From a virus (lineage: Duplodnaviria; Heunggongvirae; Uroviricota; Caudoviricetes; Crassvirales): a stretch of DNA of 64,000 nucleotides. The DNA is taken from the IMG/VR virus record IMGVR_UViG_3300034082_001032. One strand, 5' to 3'. Numbering within the stretch: position 1 is the stretch's first letter; every line of letters starts with the position of its first letter. The position numbers and the translations under genes were made by a program. Shown piece by piece: positions 40,801-48,644 of the stretch. Below the pieces are notes generated by a model. The model saw nothing but the letters and a program-made list of their open reading frames with translations, made no database searches and was not told the origin of the DNA.

Positions 40801-42574
40801 AATAATACTTAGTTCCCTCTCTTTCGTATTTACCCACATTCCTAAGAATACCTTTTGCTACAATTGATTTATTTACATTACGGTTACCCCTAACAATCTT
40901 AAACCCAACAATATTATCTTTTTCTTCTTGTGTAAGATCCGATGTAAGAATTAAACTTTCTACTTGAGTAGAATCTAATCTAACACCTATAGGGAATATA
41001 GCTCTATCCTCAATTTTTAAATTAGTGTATTTACCACTAAGTTCAACTGTAGGCTGACCACTTTCAAATATAGGACTTACAAGAACATCTGGAAACTTAT
41101 GATGTCTGATGGGTTTGTTCGCAAGAACTCCCCAAACATTTTCATTACATGGATAGACTTCTGTAGATTCCCAATATGCAAATTCACCATATTCATATGG
41201 TGTAGCATTTCCAATATCTTCACCTGTAGCTGGTCCAGTTACAGAAGCTGTGTTGTATATTTTCCAATAAGGAGCACTTGTACCACTTCCTATAAAGTCA
41301 GGATTGGTACTAGGAACATTTGGTTGTACTAATTCTGTAAAGCTAATGTCTCTACCAGGAATATGAAAACCATCTGTTTGTTTACCGTTCTTAAGAAGGA
41401 ATACAATTTCAAATGCATACACTTCATCTCTAAGGTAACCTCTAAGATTGGTTGCATTTAACTCATCTGCATAATCTTCATTTGCAGGGAGTTTGTAAGT
41501 TTGCCACTTAAGACTTATCTGACTTGCAATCTTTTGATAATTCACTCTGTCTATGGATGTGAGATTGTCCCAAACAAGAACATCTTGAACAGCTGTCAAG
41601 TCTTGTGCAATGTCATAATATGGAAACTTCTCAAATATATCATCAACAGTGAGTCTAATCTGTGTTTGATTTTGACCAGTGTATGTTATTTGATTAGTGG
41701 AGTCATCAATAAAATAAGTTCCAACAAGCTCAACAGAAGTGATGGCGTTTACAGTTTTTATCACTGCAAGGTTGTAATACTGGAAGTAACCAGTCACGTC
41801 TATGTTTGAAATATCCAATATAATAGCCTTACCAACAGGATAGTTAAAGTCAGGTGTAATTATTTGAGGATTTGCAATTGGTGTAGGATTGGTTACAGAA
41901 TAATATGATGTGTAAGCATTTCCATCAGCATCACAGTATTGTATTGCAAACTGATATGTACCAGCTGTCAAGTTTCCTGTATTGTTAACATCAACTACAT
42001 CAAGTGCTGGGATGTTAAAGTTTGGTTGAATTTTTAACTTGTTACAATCAAGTTCTGGTATGGTTCTGTTGTCACAAACATCTGTGCCAGGTTCTATTTT
42101 ATATGATTTGGTGACATCATCAATGTTGATATACCTACGAGAATTAAGTCCATCTGTCCAATAAATCTCTGTTGTACAATTTGTTATTTTATGTACAGAC
42201 TTATGAATTGGATAGTTGATGTTGAAGTTTAGACAATTCCCACTAATGAATTTACGATATATGCAATCATTATTATCCATATAACCAATCTCAGAAGCTC
42301 CTGTATTAGGATTGGTTAGAAAGAATATATGCTTAGCTTGCTCATTTATAAAATGAGTTCCTATCAAATGGTATTCTTCAGGAAAGTTTAAACATAGTTC
42401 ATTACCTGGCTCATTCTGATAGTTTACAGAATTTGAGTCATAGTTTTCCACAGCTGCATTCAAGGCATAGGTGAGTTGTCCCTTCTGAACTTGGTTCAAA
42501 GTTTGATCCATGTTCAGCCCTGTTCTTGCAACATTATTCTCTTGAATAATATTTGATTGTCTTTGATCAGCCAT
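37877..42574 (-). CDS. Large tail protein (1565 aa; candidate tail spike or receptor-binding protein) with C-terminal 'C(D/N)LAGTI' repeats separated by poly-Thr linkers, ending in 'AIP'
   Basis: Beta-rich, Asn/Tyr/Thr-rich composition typical of tail spikes. C-terminus is '...CIPNCDLAGTISALNCNLAGTISVITTTTTTSSSTTTTTSTSTTTTTTTAAPLCNLAGTIQPITTTTTTTTAIP'. Confidence 0.6.
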   Translation of the reverse strand: MADQRQSNIIQENNVARTGLNMDQTLNQVQKGQLTYALNAAVENYDSNSVNYQNEPGNELCLNFPEEYHLIGTHFINEQAKHIFFLTNPNTGASEIGYMDNNDCIYRKFISGNCLNFNINYPIHKSVHKITNCTTEIYWTDGLNSRRYINIDDVTKSYKIEPGTDVCDNRTIPELDCNKLKIQPNFNIPALDVVDVNNTGNLTAGTYQFAIQYCDADGNAYTSYYSVTNPTPIANPQIITPDFNYPVGKAIILDISNIDVTGYFQYYNLAVIKTVNAITSVELVGTYFIDDSTNQITYTGQNQTQIRLTVDDIFEKFPYYDIAQDLTAVQDVLVWDNLTSIDRVNYQKIASQISLKWQTYKLPANEDYADELNATNLRGYLRDEVYAFEIVFLLKNGKQTDGFHIPGRDISFTELVQPNVPSTNPDFIGSGTSAPYWKIYNTASVTGPATGEDIGNATPYEYGEFAYWESTEVYPCNENVWGVLANKPIRHHKFPDVLVSPIFESGQPTVELSGKYTNLKIEDRAIFPIGVRLDSTQVESLILTSDLTQEEKDNIVGFKIVRGNRNVNKSIVAKGILRNVGKYEREGTKYYFPNYPYNDLREDPFLLEESNSYNSECNIYELVPTSDGSYSYTDCNTNTQKTDSFLSGVNKVVCSLTLPVVNSGTIVGSPTLLYDTAQRFVYTTYELTSQGSTVFSYTDPVTNTLQNVTVSSVIPVVINVKALTVPVKIAGDNIFSITQTSWRYNNYCYPDNLSAFTTDESRYRQVFNSPDTSFGSPFLGNILKLENAIFGAGTAHFVEVKKHALYKLLSREAQEDALQSSAAVGDITSTFNASAMFAVYQSYLTIYINGITRRNFTYSYNSIAEYDYWAPIANDLGIKQRELDIVQYLIPGVQNVGDLYNINNYERESSIYLKTDKDVIPLPFPSNTQSLSLGSGQSAIDDLSRYVVSETPSPNGGLQSNCARPNEEFAISTVSYYGSIKNIFANQWGQIYSYTTIDTGFQRNIDSTAEPIVTVFGGDTFINKFSFKTKLPFFIDNRVGAPDDSDIFYDEIGNIAYPEYWYSARSILYDWEVVTPSDTYQFQNIVSIKASRLDCPNNQLPVPLPNYTPPVVNPDRTFYDGKMYLFAYGIPTFYCESSVNVDLRQAFNNREGEFYPHVSTGIPDEWLQESFVTIAQDNTYYYNATFSKQNTENFFSHLPINWTADECLTNYPFRAIYSDKQEKFTDNNTNNWLIYRPLSYFDFPQNYGNLTSLDGIQNRSILARFENKSLLYNNLLTINTSNPQAAYVGNPDMFSAPPIDFAETDLGYVGSQNKMLLKIPQGQITIDAKRGQVFLITGNGATDLSGFGSGLNRFFTDHLAFEILRYYPNVNIDNHFNGVGLHGVFDSKFDRVIISKLDYIPLNVNIKYDASVQQFYINKTYGEIIVKTFIDLSDSEYFCNRSWTLSFNFNTNSWISFHSYIPNWYIAENNFFYSGINGSCDLEAIAAEEVPCIPNCDLAGTISALNCNLAGTISVITTTTTTSSSTTTTTSTSTTTTTTTAAPLCNLAGTIQPITTTTTTTTAIP

Positions 42575-42576
42575 TG

Positions 42577-43545
42577 TTAATTATTACGTCTCCAACCATA
42601 TCTGGATACTCTGTTTGGTAACTCGTACATGTTGAACCTATTCAGGTCATTCTTGATTCTCCTTTGTTTTGTCCAAGCATCCTGCTTCTTAATCTCAATA
42701 TCTGCCATGATGAATGCCTCATCTGCGAGATTTTTATAATAACCTAACTTCTGTTGTATTTGATTAAACGTCTCATCGTTTATTTGATTAGACAGAGTTT
42801 CAAACACTTTATATTTGATGAATGCTTCAATATACTCTCTGATACGGAAGTTGTCTGGAATCATTTGGTTTCCACCTGCATCATATTCTGTAGAGTAGAA
42901 TATCATATGCACTATTCCGTTTCTAAAGTTTGTTACAAATTTATTGTCTCTAATGTCAAATGAATCATAACCAGCAGATCCTGGAGTGAACTCACGTAGA
43001 GGAGGTGCCTGTTGATAGAATTCCCAGTTGTTGTTATATTCTACACTACAGTTTTGTCTTGCAGATATATTACCTGGTTTTAACAAATATGACCTTTCGT
43101 AAGATCTGGCTATAGAGTTATTTGTTTTATAAACAGCTTGTATCAACTCAGGCATACACTCAGGACATCCTGTTGTACATTCAAGATTTGTGCAGGGCTG
43201 TCCTCCAGATATTACAGGACTCACTTGAATAGTTGTAACATCAGCAGCCTGAGAATAGAATGAATTGGCTGACTGGTAAGGATATTGAGGAATCTCTGTA
43301 CACATCCAAGCTTCTCTTACAGCATAAAAGTTGTCTGGAAGCCTTGCTTGAAAATCATCAATATACAAAGGTTGTTCACTAATTACATATGTGGTTCTTC
43401 CAAGCTTTCTTAAACACTTGTCCAAATATGTAGGAAACATCAAATCATCTACAGCACCTGTGTCAAAATAAGACTTAAGTTCTTCTTTGACTGTAGAGTA
43501 GACAACTTCTGGTGAAGTGAAATTATATTTATAATAGTATGACAT
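42577..43545 (-). CDS. Tail protein (322 aa), unknown
   Basis: Intact Cys/Tyr-rich ORF 3 nt upstream of the 1565-aa gene. Confidence 0.5.
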   Translation of the reverse strand: MSYYYKYNFTSPEVVYSTVKEELKSYFDTGAVDDLMFPTYLDKCLRKLGRTTYVISEQPLYIDDFQARLPDNFYAVREAWMCTEIPQYPYQSANSFYSQAADVTTIQVSPVISGGQPCTNLECTTGCPECMPELIQAVYKTNNSIARSYERSYLLKPGNISARQNCSVEYNNNWEFYQQAPPLREFTPGSAGYDSFDIRDNKFVTNFRNGIVHMIFYSTEYDAGGNQMIPDNFRIREYIEAFIKYKVFETLSNQINDETFNQIQQKLGYYKNLADEAFIMADIEIKKQDAWTKQRRIKNDLNRFNMYELPNRVSRYGWRRNN

Positions 43546-43548
43546 AGT

Positions 43549-44022
43549 TTATTTTTTCCATTCTCTGTAGATGTGCTGATACTTTTCATTAGTTTTTATA
43601 TAATGAGACAGGAGTCTGGATGTGGTTCTTGATGGTTTAAAGTACCAAAGATCTGAATTCTTAAGTCTTACGTTTTCTCTAAACCAAACCCATCCGAAGA
43701 AGTATCCCTCAGTGTGATAGTTGAAGTTGTAAATCACCTTACCTTTCTCTTTGGTCTTTTGCCAATCAATGGGGAGATTTACAAACTCATCATTAAGTCC
43801 TTTTCTTTTCCTTCTTTTCTTTTTGTTGATTGAGAATTCACCAAACCCAAAAGGAAGTTTTGCTTTCTCGCCTGTCTCTAATATGTAATTTTTGAAAGAC
43901 TCATTGAATGAATAGATGATATTTTTCCATTCATCAAATGATATTTTTATTGATGGGTTCTTTTTACAAAAACTAACGTAGTTATCTTTACTCGAACTTC
44001 TCCAATCTATCTTTACTCTCAT
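43549..44022 (-). CDS. Hypothetical protein (157 aa), basic
   Basis: Intact ORF. Its ATG overlaps the stop of the upstream ORF at 44022. Confidence 0.45.
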   Translation of the reverse strand: MRVKIDWRSSSKDNYVSFCKKNPSIKISFDEWKNIIYSFNESFKNYILETGEKAKLPFGFGEFSINKKKRRKRKGLNDEFVNLPIDWQKTKEKGKVIYNFNYHTEGYFFGWVWFRENVRLKNSDLWYFKPSRTTSRLLSHYIKTNEKYQHIYREWKK

Positions 44023-44750
44023 TACTGGGTATTTGTTGAATTAGGTGCTTGCCCATCTACACCTTCTGAAGTTTGATCTGTTTTAAGTCTAAAATATGTA
44101 GTGAGGAGCTTTTGAGAAGTTAGTTCCAAAACTTGTTTTTCCAAATACCCAGGAAGAGCATAAGGTTTATCGAGAGGGTTTTTACACCATTCTGAATCAG
44201 TATATTCTATACCACCACATCCACACTCAGGAAACATAATCTCATTAGGAACATCTTGTTCAAACAAAGCTGAAATTCTAATAGCTTGAATAAGTGGATT
44301 ACTGATGTACAAATAACCATTCATAATCCAGAAATAACTTTCTCTCTTTATGATGGGAAGTTTTATAAGATTTACATATCTGTTTATTGTAATCTCTTTA
44401 AACTTAGTTCCTCTTCCACTTAAAGCATTTATAGAATAAACACCTTGAATAATATATTGATAGTTACCTTCAGCTATGCGTGGAAGTTTGTATCTAGTTC
44501 TTGCAACAGTGCAAGGATCAACAAAATCACAACATTCGGAAATAGGAACTTCCACCATTTCCAAACAAGGAATGGTTGTAAACAAAGTGTCAGTAGCCCA
44601 AAGCTTTCTGAGATTTGTTTCTCTCTTGATTAACAAGAGTGCATTATTTTTGACTTCAGAAGCCACAGCTCTGTCAGTGATAAGGTTGTCTGTAGACAAC
44701 AGCTTATGCATAGAACGTACGTCTGAAACTAATTTTCTTAATGTTGACAT
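44022..44750 (-). CDS. Hypothetical tail protein (242 aa)
   Basis: Intact ORF. There is a start/stop overlap at 44750 with the upstream gene. Confidence 0.45.
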   Translation of the reverse strand: MSTLRKLVSDVRSMHKLLSTDNLITDRAVASEVKNNALLLIKRETNLRKLWATDTLFTTIPCLEMVEVPISECCDFVDPCTVARTRYKLPRIAEGNYQYIIQGVYSINALSGRGTKFKEITINRYVNLIKLPIIKRESYFWIMNGYLYISNPLIQAIRISALFEQDVPNEIMFPECGCGGIEYTDSEWCKNPLDKPYALPGYLEKQVLELTSQKLLTTYFRLKTDQTSEGVDGQAPNSTNTQ

Positions 44751-46003
44751 TATAAATACTGTTTGAATATATTTGTCATTCCTTGTTCAAAATCTATAAG
44801 AAATCCTGTAACTTCAGCTCTTGAGATTGTGTAACCATTTTTCTCATCCCAAGAACTCTTAGCATTAGAGAATGCAGGTATTTGATAAAACTTAATTCCA
44901 CCAAAGTCAATACTTAGCTCGTGATGTTTATCTCCAGTGAATATATAGAAGTTCTTGTTGTTTGACCATTCTTCTCTAAATTCTATTGGGAATACACTAG
45001 CAAGCTTTGCAGGCTTCATAGCATCGCCATGATTAAACATCATTGCTGTTTCTCCATAACTTACATACTTTCTGTATCTAGGAGAACAGTCAAATGTAAC
45101 TCTTAGATTACTTTTGAAGTATGCATTTAACCAATTAATCATATGCCATCCCACAAACTCATCATGATTTCCAGCTACATAGACAACTTGTACATCATCT
45201 ACATTCTCAAGAAGCATCTTTATCATTTCTACCTCATGATTACAAATCCTCTCGAAAGAATCATGATAGGTGAGAAGGTTCTGTTGTGGAGTTCCTTTAG
45301 TTGTAGTTCCTGTAAATTCACTGTTGAATTCATCAGAACCTATAATGTAAATCACACTTTCCATGTAATTTGACAAGCTAGCTTGATTCACAATGATCTC
45401 CACTTTGTTTAGAATATTAGAGAACCTTTTGTTTATATCATTGTCCCCATCTACATCAAATTTATTTAGATGGGAGTCTTGTTTATTGATAATCAAACAT
45501 GCTAAAGACTTATCAGGATTTTGTTCACGCAATTTAACTTCTGAACATTTAGGCTGATACTCTTTGAGAAACTCAACAAATGAGTCTTGGAACAGTTGCT
45601 CACTAGTTTTCTTAGCCATCCAGGCTTTAACCTGCCAATGAGGAGTTTTAGAATTTCCCCAATAGTTCTGGACGTATTTAGTTATTTCCCATTTAGATGT
45701 GTCAATCTTACTCTTTTCTATCAGTTCTTCCAAAGATTTAATCTCATCTGGAGTATTGAAAACCACTTCACCAATTCCTTTAGATACATCTTCTTGATAT
45801 TTAATGATTGCATCTTCTAGCTCAGTCATGTAACTAGAAGCCTCAGCATCATCACTTATACTACTTGTACTATTTCTAAGTTCTTTTAACAGTTCATCCA
45901 CCTCAGCTTCCGTAACTCCTAACTTATCAGCATAAAACTTCTTGCTCTTTTTCCAATTCAGCATGTTTTGAAGCTGATTTAAAAGGTGTTGGTTGCCGAC
46001 CAT
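44750..46003 (-). CDS. Calcineurin-like metallophosphoesterase domain protein (417 aa)
   Basis: Phosphoesterase motifs are in order: 'IIGSDEFN' (GD), 'VYVAGNHDEF' (GNHD/E), 'MMFNHGD' and 'FTGDKHHE' (GDxHH). Confidence 0.55.
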   Translation of the reverse strand: MVGNQHLLNQLQNMLNWKKSKKFYADKLGVTEAEVDELLKELRNSTSSISDDAEASSYMTELEDAIIKYQEDVSKGIGEVVFNTPDEIKSLEELIEKSKIDTSKWEITKYVQNYWGNSKTPHWQVKAWMAKKTSEQLFQDSFVEFLKEYQPKCSEVKLREQNPDKSLACLIINKQDSHLNKFDVDGDNDINKRFSNILNKVEIIVNQASLSNYMESVIYIIGSDEFNSEFTGTTTKGTPQQNLLTYHDSFERICNHEVEMIKMLLENVDDVQVVYVAGNHDEFVGWHMINWLNAYFKSNLRVTFDCSPRYRKYVSYGETAMMFNHGDAMKPAKLASVFPIEFREEWSNNKNFYIFTGDKHHELSIDFGGIKFYQIPAFSNAKSSWDEKNGYTISRAEVTGFLIDFEQGMTNIFKQYL

Positions 46004-46144
46004 AACTCAATAATTTGGTTAAAATTACAGTAAAGGTATAAATGTTTTTGAAATTCTCCAAATTTATTTAACTGAACAAGTTATCTATTGTAATCAAATT
46101 GATTATAAATAAAACCCCCACCCTAGAAAGGGCAGGGGAAACAC

Positions 46145-46182
46145 CCTGTAAAACCAACAAAACAGGGTTTTTAATATTAACG
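46145..46182. terminator. Intergenic hairpin 'CCCTGT-aaaaccaacaaaa-ACAGGG' followed by TTTTT; an imperfect GC hairpin (cccctgccc/gggtgggg) sits just upstream and is followed by a T-run on the minus strand
   Basis: Seen directly in sequence. It lies between the stop of gene 46205..46540(-) and the start of gene 44750..46003(-). It is one of few GC-rich spots in an AT-rich genome. Confidence 0.35.
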
Positions 46183-46204
46183 AAACATTTTACTACATAT
46201 CTAT

Positions 46205-46540
46205 TTAAAGAGGAAGAGTGGTGGTTGTTGTTGTACTTGTATAATAATATGTGCAATTGTTTACTAAATTACAAAAGCTAACATTCAATGAAGGGTTTGT
46301 TAAAATAGTCTGAAGAATAGTCTGAACCAATGTGACAGGGTCAAGTTCATTATCAATCTTTTCTAAAACCACATTCAAGTTATCTCCTGTTGTTACACCT
46401 GTATTTGGTAAAGTTGGACCATTATAGCAAATAAGATTAGAATTTATTGGATATCCAGCAAACCAGCCATTGTTACACTTCTTTGGATAGACAGAGTTAA
46501 CAACAACAGGATTACAAGGAGAACCTGGTACACAAGCCAT
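46205..46540 (-). CDS. Small fibre-like protein (111 aa) with the shared N-terminal module, ending in a poly-Thr C-terminus ('TTTTTTLPL')
   Basis: '...GDNLNVVLEKIDNELD' matches the 'NDNLQTALEKID' core of the fibre anchor module. The N-terminus is Cys-rich. Confidence 0.45.
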   Translation of the reverse strand: MACVPGSPCNPVVVNSVYPKKCNNGWFAGYPINSNLICYNGPTLPNTGVTTGDNLNVVLEKIDNELDPVTLVQTILQTILTNPSLNVSFCNLVNNCTYYYTSTTTTTTLPL

Positions 46541-46559
46541 TTATTGTAGATTTAATAGA

Positions 46560-47603
46560 TTAAGGAATATACATTATGTAATAACAAGCAAGTGTTGGCT
46601 GAATATTAGAGTGACCAAGTCCACCTCCTGCAGAAGCAATAGTTATTCCTGTAGTGGATGAATTAGTAGTCAAAGTTGCTTGAACACCATCTCTACTAGA
46701 TTCACCACCACCTCCTGGTTGAATTGATCCCTCGTACGTGTGTGTGTGACCAGGATCTGTAAGAGTGTGAGTGTGTGAAGGAATTTGCGTAACATCAAGA
46801 ACTACACTGTTAGCTCCATATGCCGTATCTCCAAGTGCATAATTAGGATTAGTAGGAGTGGCAGGATTAACAGCAGCTGCTAAAACACCTCCAGGAACAA
46901 GTTGTATAGCTCCAACAGGAACCCTACCGCGTTTATCTGGTGTACCATTCTGACCATTACACAAATAAATCTTGTCCCAATCTCCAAGACCTGCACCTGT
47001 AATATCAAAATTAGAAAGAACTCCATAATATTCCACTACAGTGTAGGGAACCATTCTGTTATAATACTGTGTAGAACCACCTGTACTGTCAAGATAGGCT
47101 TGAATCAAAGTGTCTAGATCGGAAAGCTTTACATAGTTAACATCAACATCAAGAGCAAGTGCTGCTAACGCTACATCCAAAGCACACAGTTTTGTAATCA
47201 CTGCTTGAAGAATAGCATGTGTTCCAGATGTAGAAGTTACACCAGTTAGACATCCTATTGAATAGCTAGCTTCGATTACATCAACTCTTCCATCAAGAAC
47301 TGTAACTTGAGTTTGTAAATCACAAGCAGCTTTAATTAGAGCTGTCAGATAGGCATTTAGTGTAAGTTCTCCACAATCAGGAAGATATTTACTTACCACT
47401 TCACATATAATTGTTTGATCGATGATAGGTTTAACACCTTCACCGTTAATCGTTGATGTGAGAAATTCTATCAAAGTGGCTTCAATAAAAGACAAAGAGT
47501 CACCATTCTGAATACCCAGAAGAGGAACATCAATGCCTGTATATCTAACACATCTATCTGAAACAATTTCAGCACACCCGTTATAGCAATTTGAACAAGC
47601 CAT
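46560..47603 (-). CDS. Tail fibre protein with phage tail-collar (MdpB/gp12-like) receptor-binding domain (347 aa)
   Basis: 'YLCNGQNGTPDKRGRVPVG', 'TQIPSHTHTLTDPGHTHTY' and C-terminal 'GGGLGHSNIQPTLACYYIMYIP' match the Collar domain pattern 'LPDLRGRFP...MPxHTHT...GGGQPHNNMQPYLxLNYII'. The N-terminus 'CAEIVSDRCVRYTGIDVPLLGIQNGDSLSFIEATL' resembles the shared anchor module. Confidence 0.65.
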   Translation of the reverse strand: MACSNCYNGCAEIVSDRCVRYTGIDVPLLGIQNGDSLSFIEATLIEFLTSTINGEGVKPIIDQTIICEVVSKYLPDCGELTLNAYLTALIKAACDLQTQVTVLDGRVDVIEASYSIGCLTGVTSTSGTHAILQAVITKLCALDVALAALALDVDVNYVKLSDLDTLIQAYLDSTGGSTQYYNRMVPYTVVEYYGVLSNFDITGAGLGDWDKIYLCNGQNGTPDKRGRVPVGAIQLVPGGVLAAAVNPATPTNPNYALGDTAYGANSVVLDVTQIPSHTHTLTDPGHTHTYEGSIQPGGGGESSRDGVQATLTTNSSTTGITIASAGGGLGHSNIQPTLACYYIMYIP

Positions 47604-47612
47604 TTTAGGTTA

Positions 47613-47879
47613 TTATTTTTTAATTAAAAGTTTAACTTTACTAGCTATCTGCTCCACAGAAAAGTTTGATGCATAATCCAAATTACAAAACTTGAACGTT
47701 AATATTCTTTTGTAATTTAAGAGGTCACCTATTACAATTCCAGGCACAGGATAGTTGAGTTGGAAAACAATGTTATTATATTCATTGTTTGCCAATTCTG
47801 TCAACTTACAATCTATTTCTCCTAAGAGAAACGTTATAGTTGAACAATCAACGCAATTTGTAAGCCTTGGTGATAACAT
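47613..47879 (-). CDS. Hypothetical protein (88 aa); an alternative overlapping Cys-rich 46-aa mini-ORF exists at ~47855..47991
   Basis: The alternative frame reads 'MANCRNCGMKFGCGCQLINGLCSACNHALTQVTQRIKNVITKAYKLR' (CxxC...CxC...CxxC zinc-ribbon pattern). Only one of the two models is likely real. Confidence 0.35.
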   Translation of the reverse strand: MLSPRLTNCVDCSTITFLLGEIDCKLTELANNEYNNIVFQLNYPVPGIVIGDLLNYKRILTFKFCNLDYASNFSVEQIASKVKLLIKK

Positions 47880-47992
47880 TTTTTATTCTTTGAGTTACTT
47901 GAGTCAATGCATGATTACAAGCTGAACATAGACCGTTGATTAGTTGACAACCGCATCCAAATTTCATTCCGCAGTTTCTACAATTTGCCATA

Positions 47993-48556
47993 TTAATGAA
48001 AATTATTTATGTAATTGTTTCCGTAACAATTACAATTGTTCTTAATAAAATTGGTTAACATCTTGTTTGCCTGATTGTACAACTTGTTTGATGTAACCAC
48101 AGCACAGTTATTAGCAGCAGCAATAGATCCCTGAATAAAATAATATATACTATTCAAGTCAACTTTTGCTTGTGTTTTTATAGCCATGTCACATTCCATC
48201 ATATCAAGCCTCATGAATGCATCATCAAATTTTTCTTGGAGATGGTCAACACGAATTATTGTCTTTTGTACAAAGTTTAGATATGCAGGAGCTACGGAAT
48301 ATTTTATGTAATATATTCCATCAGGAAGAGGGAGCAAAGGATCCCCAACAGCTGTTAATCCTAATGAAGCAGAATTATAGATATTGAAGTCATTGATGTT
48401 AAACGGAAGACTTACAAGACCAAACCCAGGAACTTCAATTTCTATTGTAGGAGCTGATACAGGAGGGGACACTGGATAAGTGGACGCATCAGCAATACCT
48501 AATGTTTGTATATTGTATGTAGGGATTACTAATATGTCTAATTTAAGATCCGCCAT
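47993..48556 (-). CDS. Hypothetical structural protein (187 aa)
   Basis: Intact ORF starting immediately after a hairpin terminator. Confidence 0.45.
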   Translation of the reverse strand: MADLKLDILVIPTYNIQTLGIADASTYPVSPPVSAPTIEIEVPGFGLVSLPFNINDFNIYNSASLGLTAVGDPLLPLPDGIYYIKYSVAPAYLNFVQKTIIRVDHLQEKFDDAFMRLDMMECDMAIKTQAKVDLNSIYYFIQGSIAAANNCAVVTSNKLYNQANKMLTNFIKNNCNCYGNNYINNFH

Positions 48557-48558
48557 GT

Positions 48559-48612
48559 TTTTTAAATAAATAAGCCAGAGGATTTGAGATTGAATCCTCT
48601 CACCCTCTGGCT
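48559..48612 (-). terminator. Rho-independent terminator candidate (minus strand)
   Basis: Plus-strand 'GCCAGAGG-atttgagattgaatcctctcac-CCTCTGGC' forms an 8-bp perfect stem, with a nested 7-bp stem gaggatt/aatcctc. On the minus strand it is followed by UUAUUUAUUUAAAAAA (plus 48559..48574). It lies directly after the stop of 48645..49802. Confidence 0.5.
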
Positions 48613-48644
48613 TAGGTTATATGATATTGTTTCTTACTACCCTA

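Noticed and set aside
46004-46100. Possible Bacteroidetes promoter (TAAATTTG -7-like box) upstream of the metallophosphoesterase gene
   Set aside because: The nearest upstream TTTG is 28 nt away, outside the 19-21-nt spacer window. Too weak to call.
46068-46281. Tracked ORFs 46068..46256(-) and 46099..46281(+) across the fibre/phosphoesterase spacer
   Set aside because: They span the GC-rich hairpin and T-run region and overlap the 3' end of gene 46205..46540. They lack coding-like composition and are more likely a non-coding terminator region.
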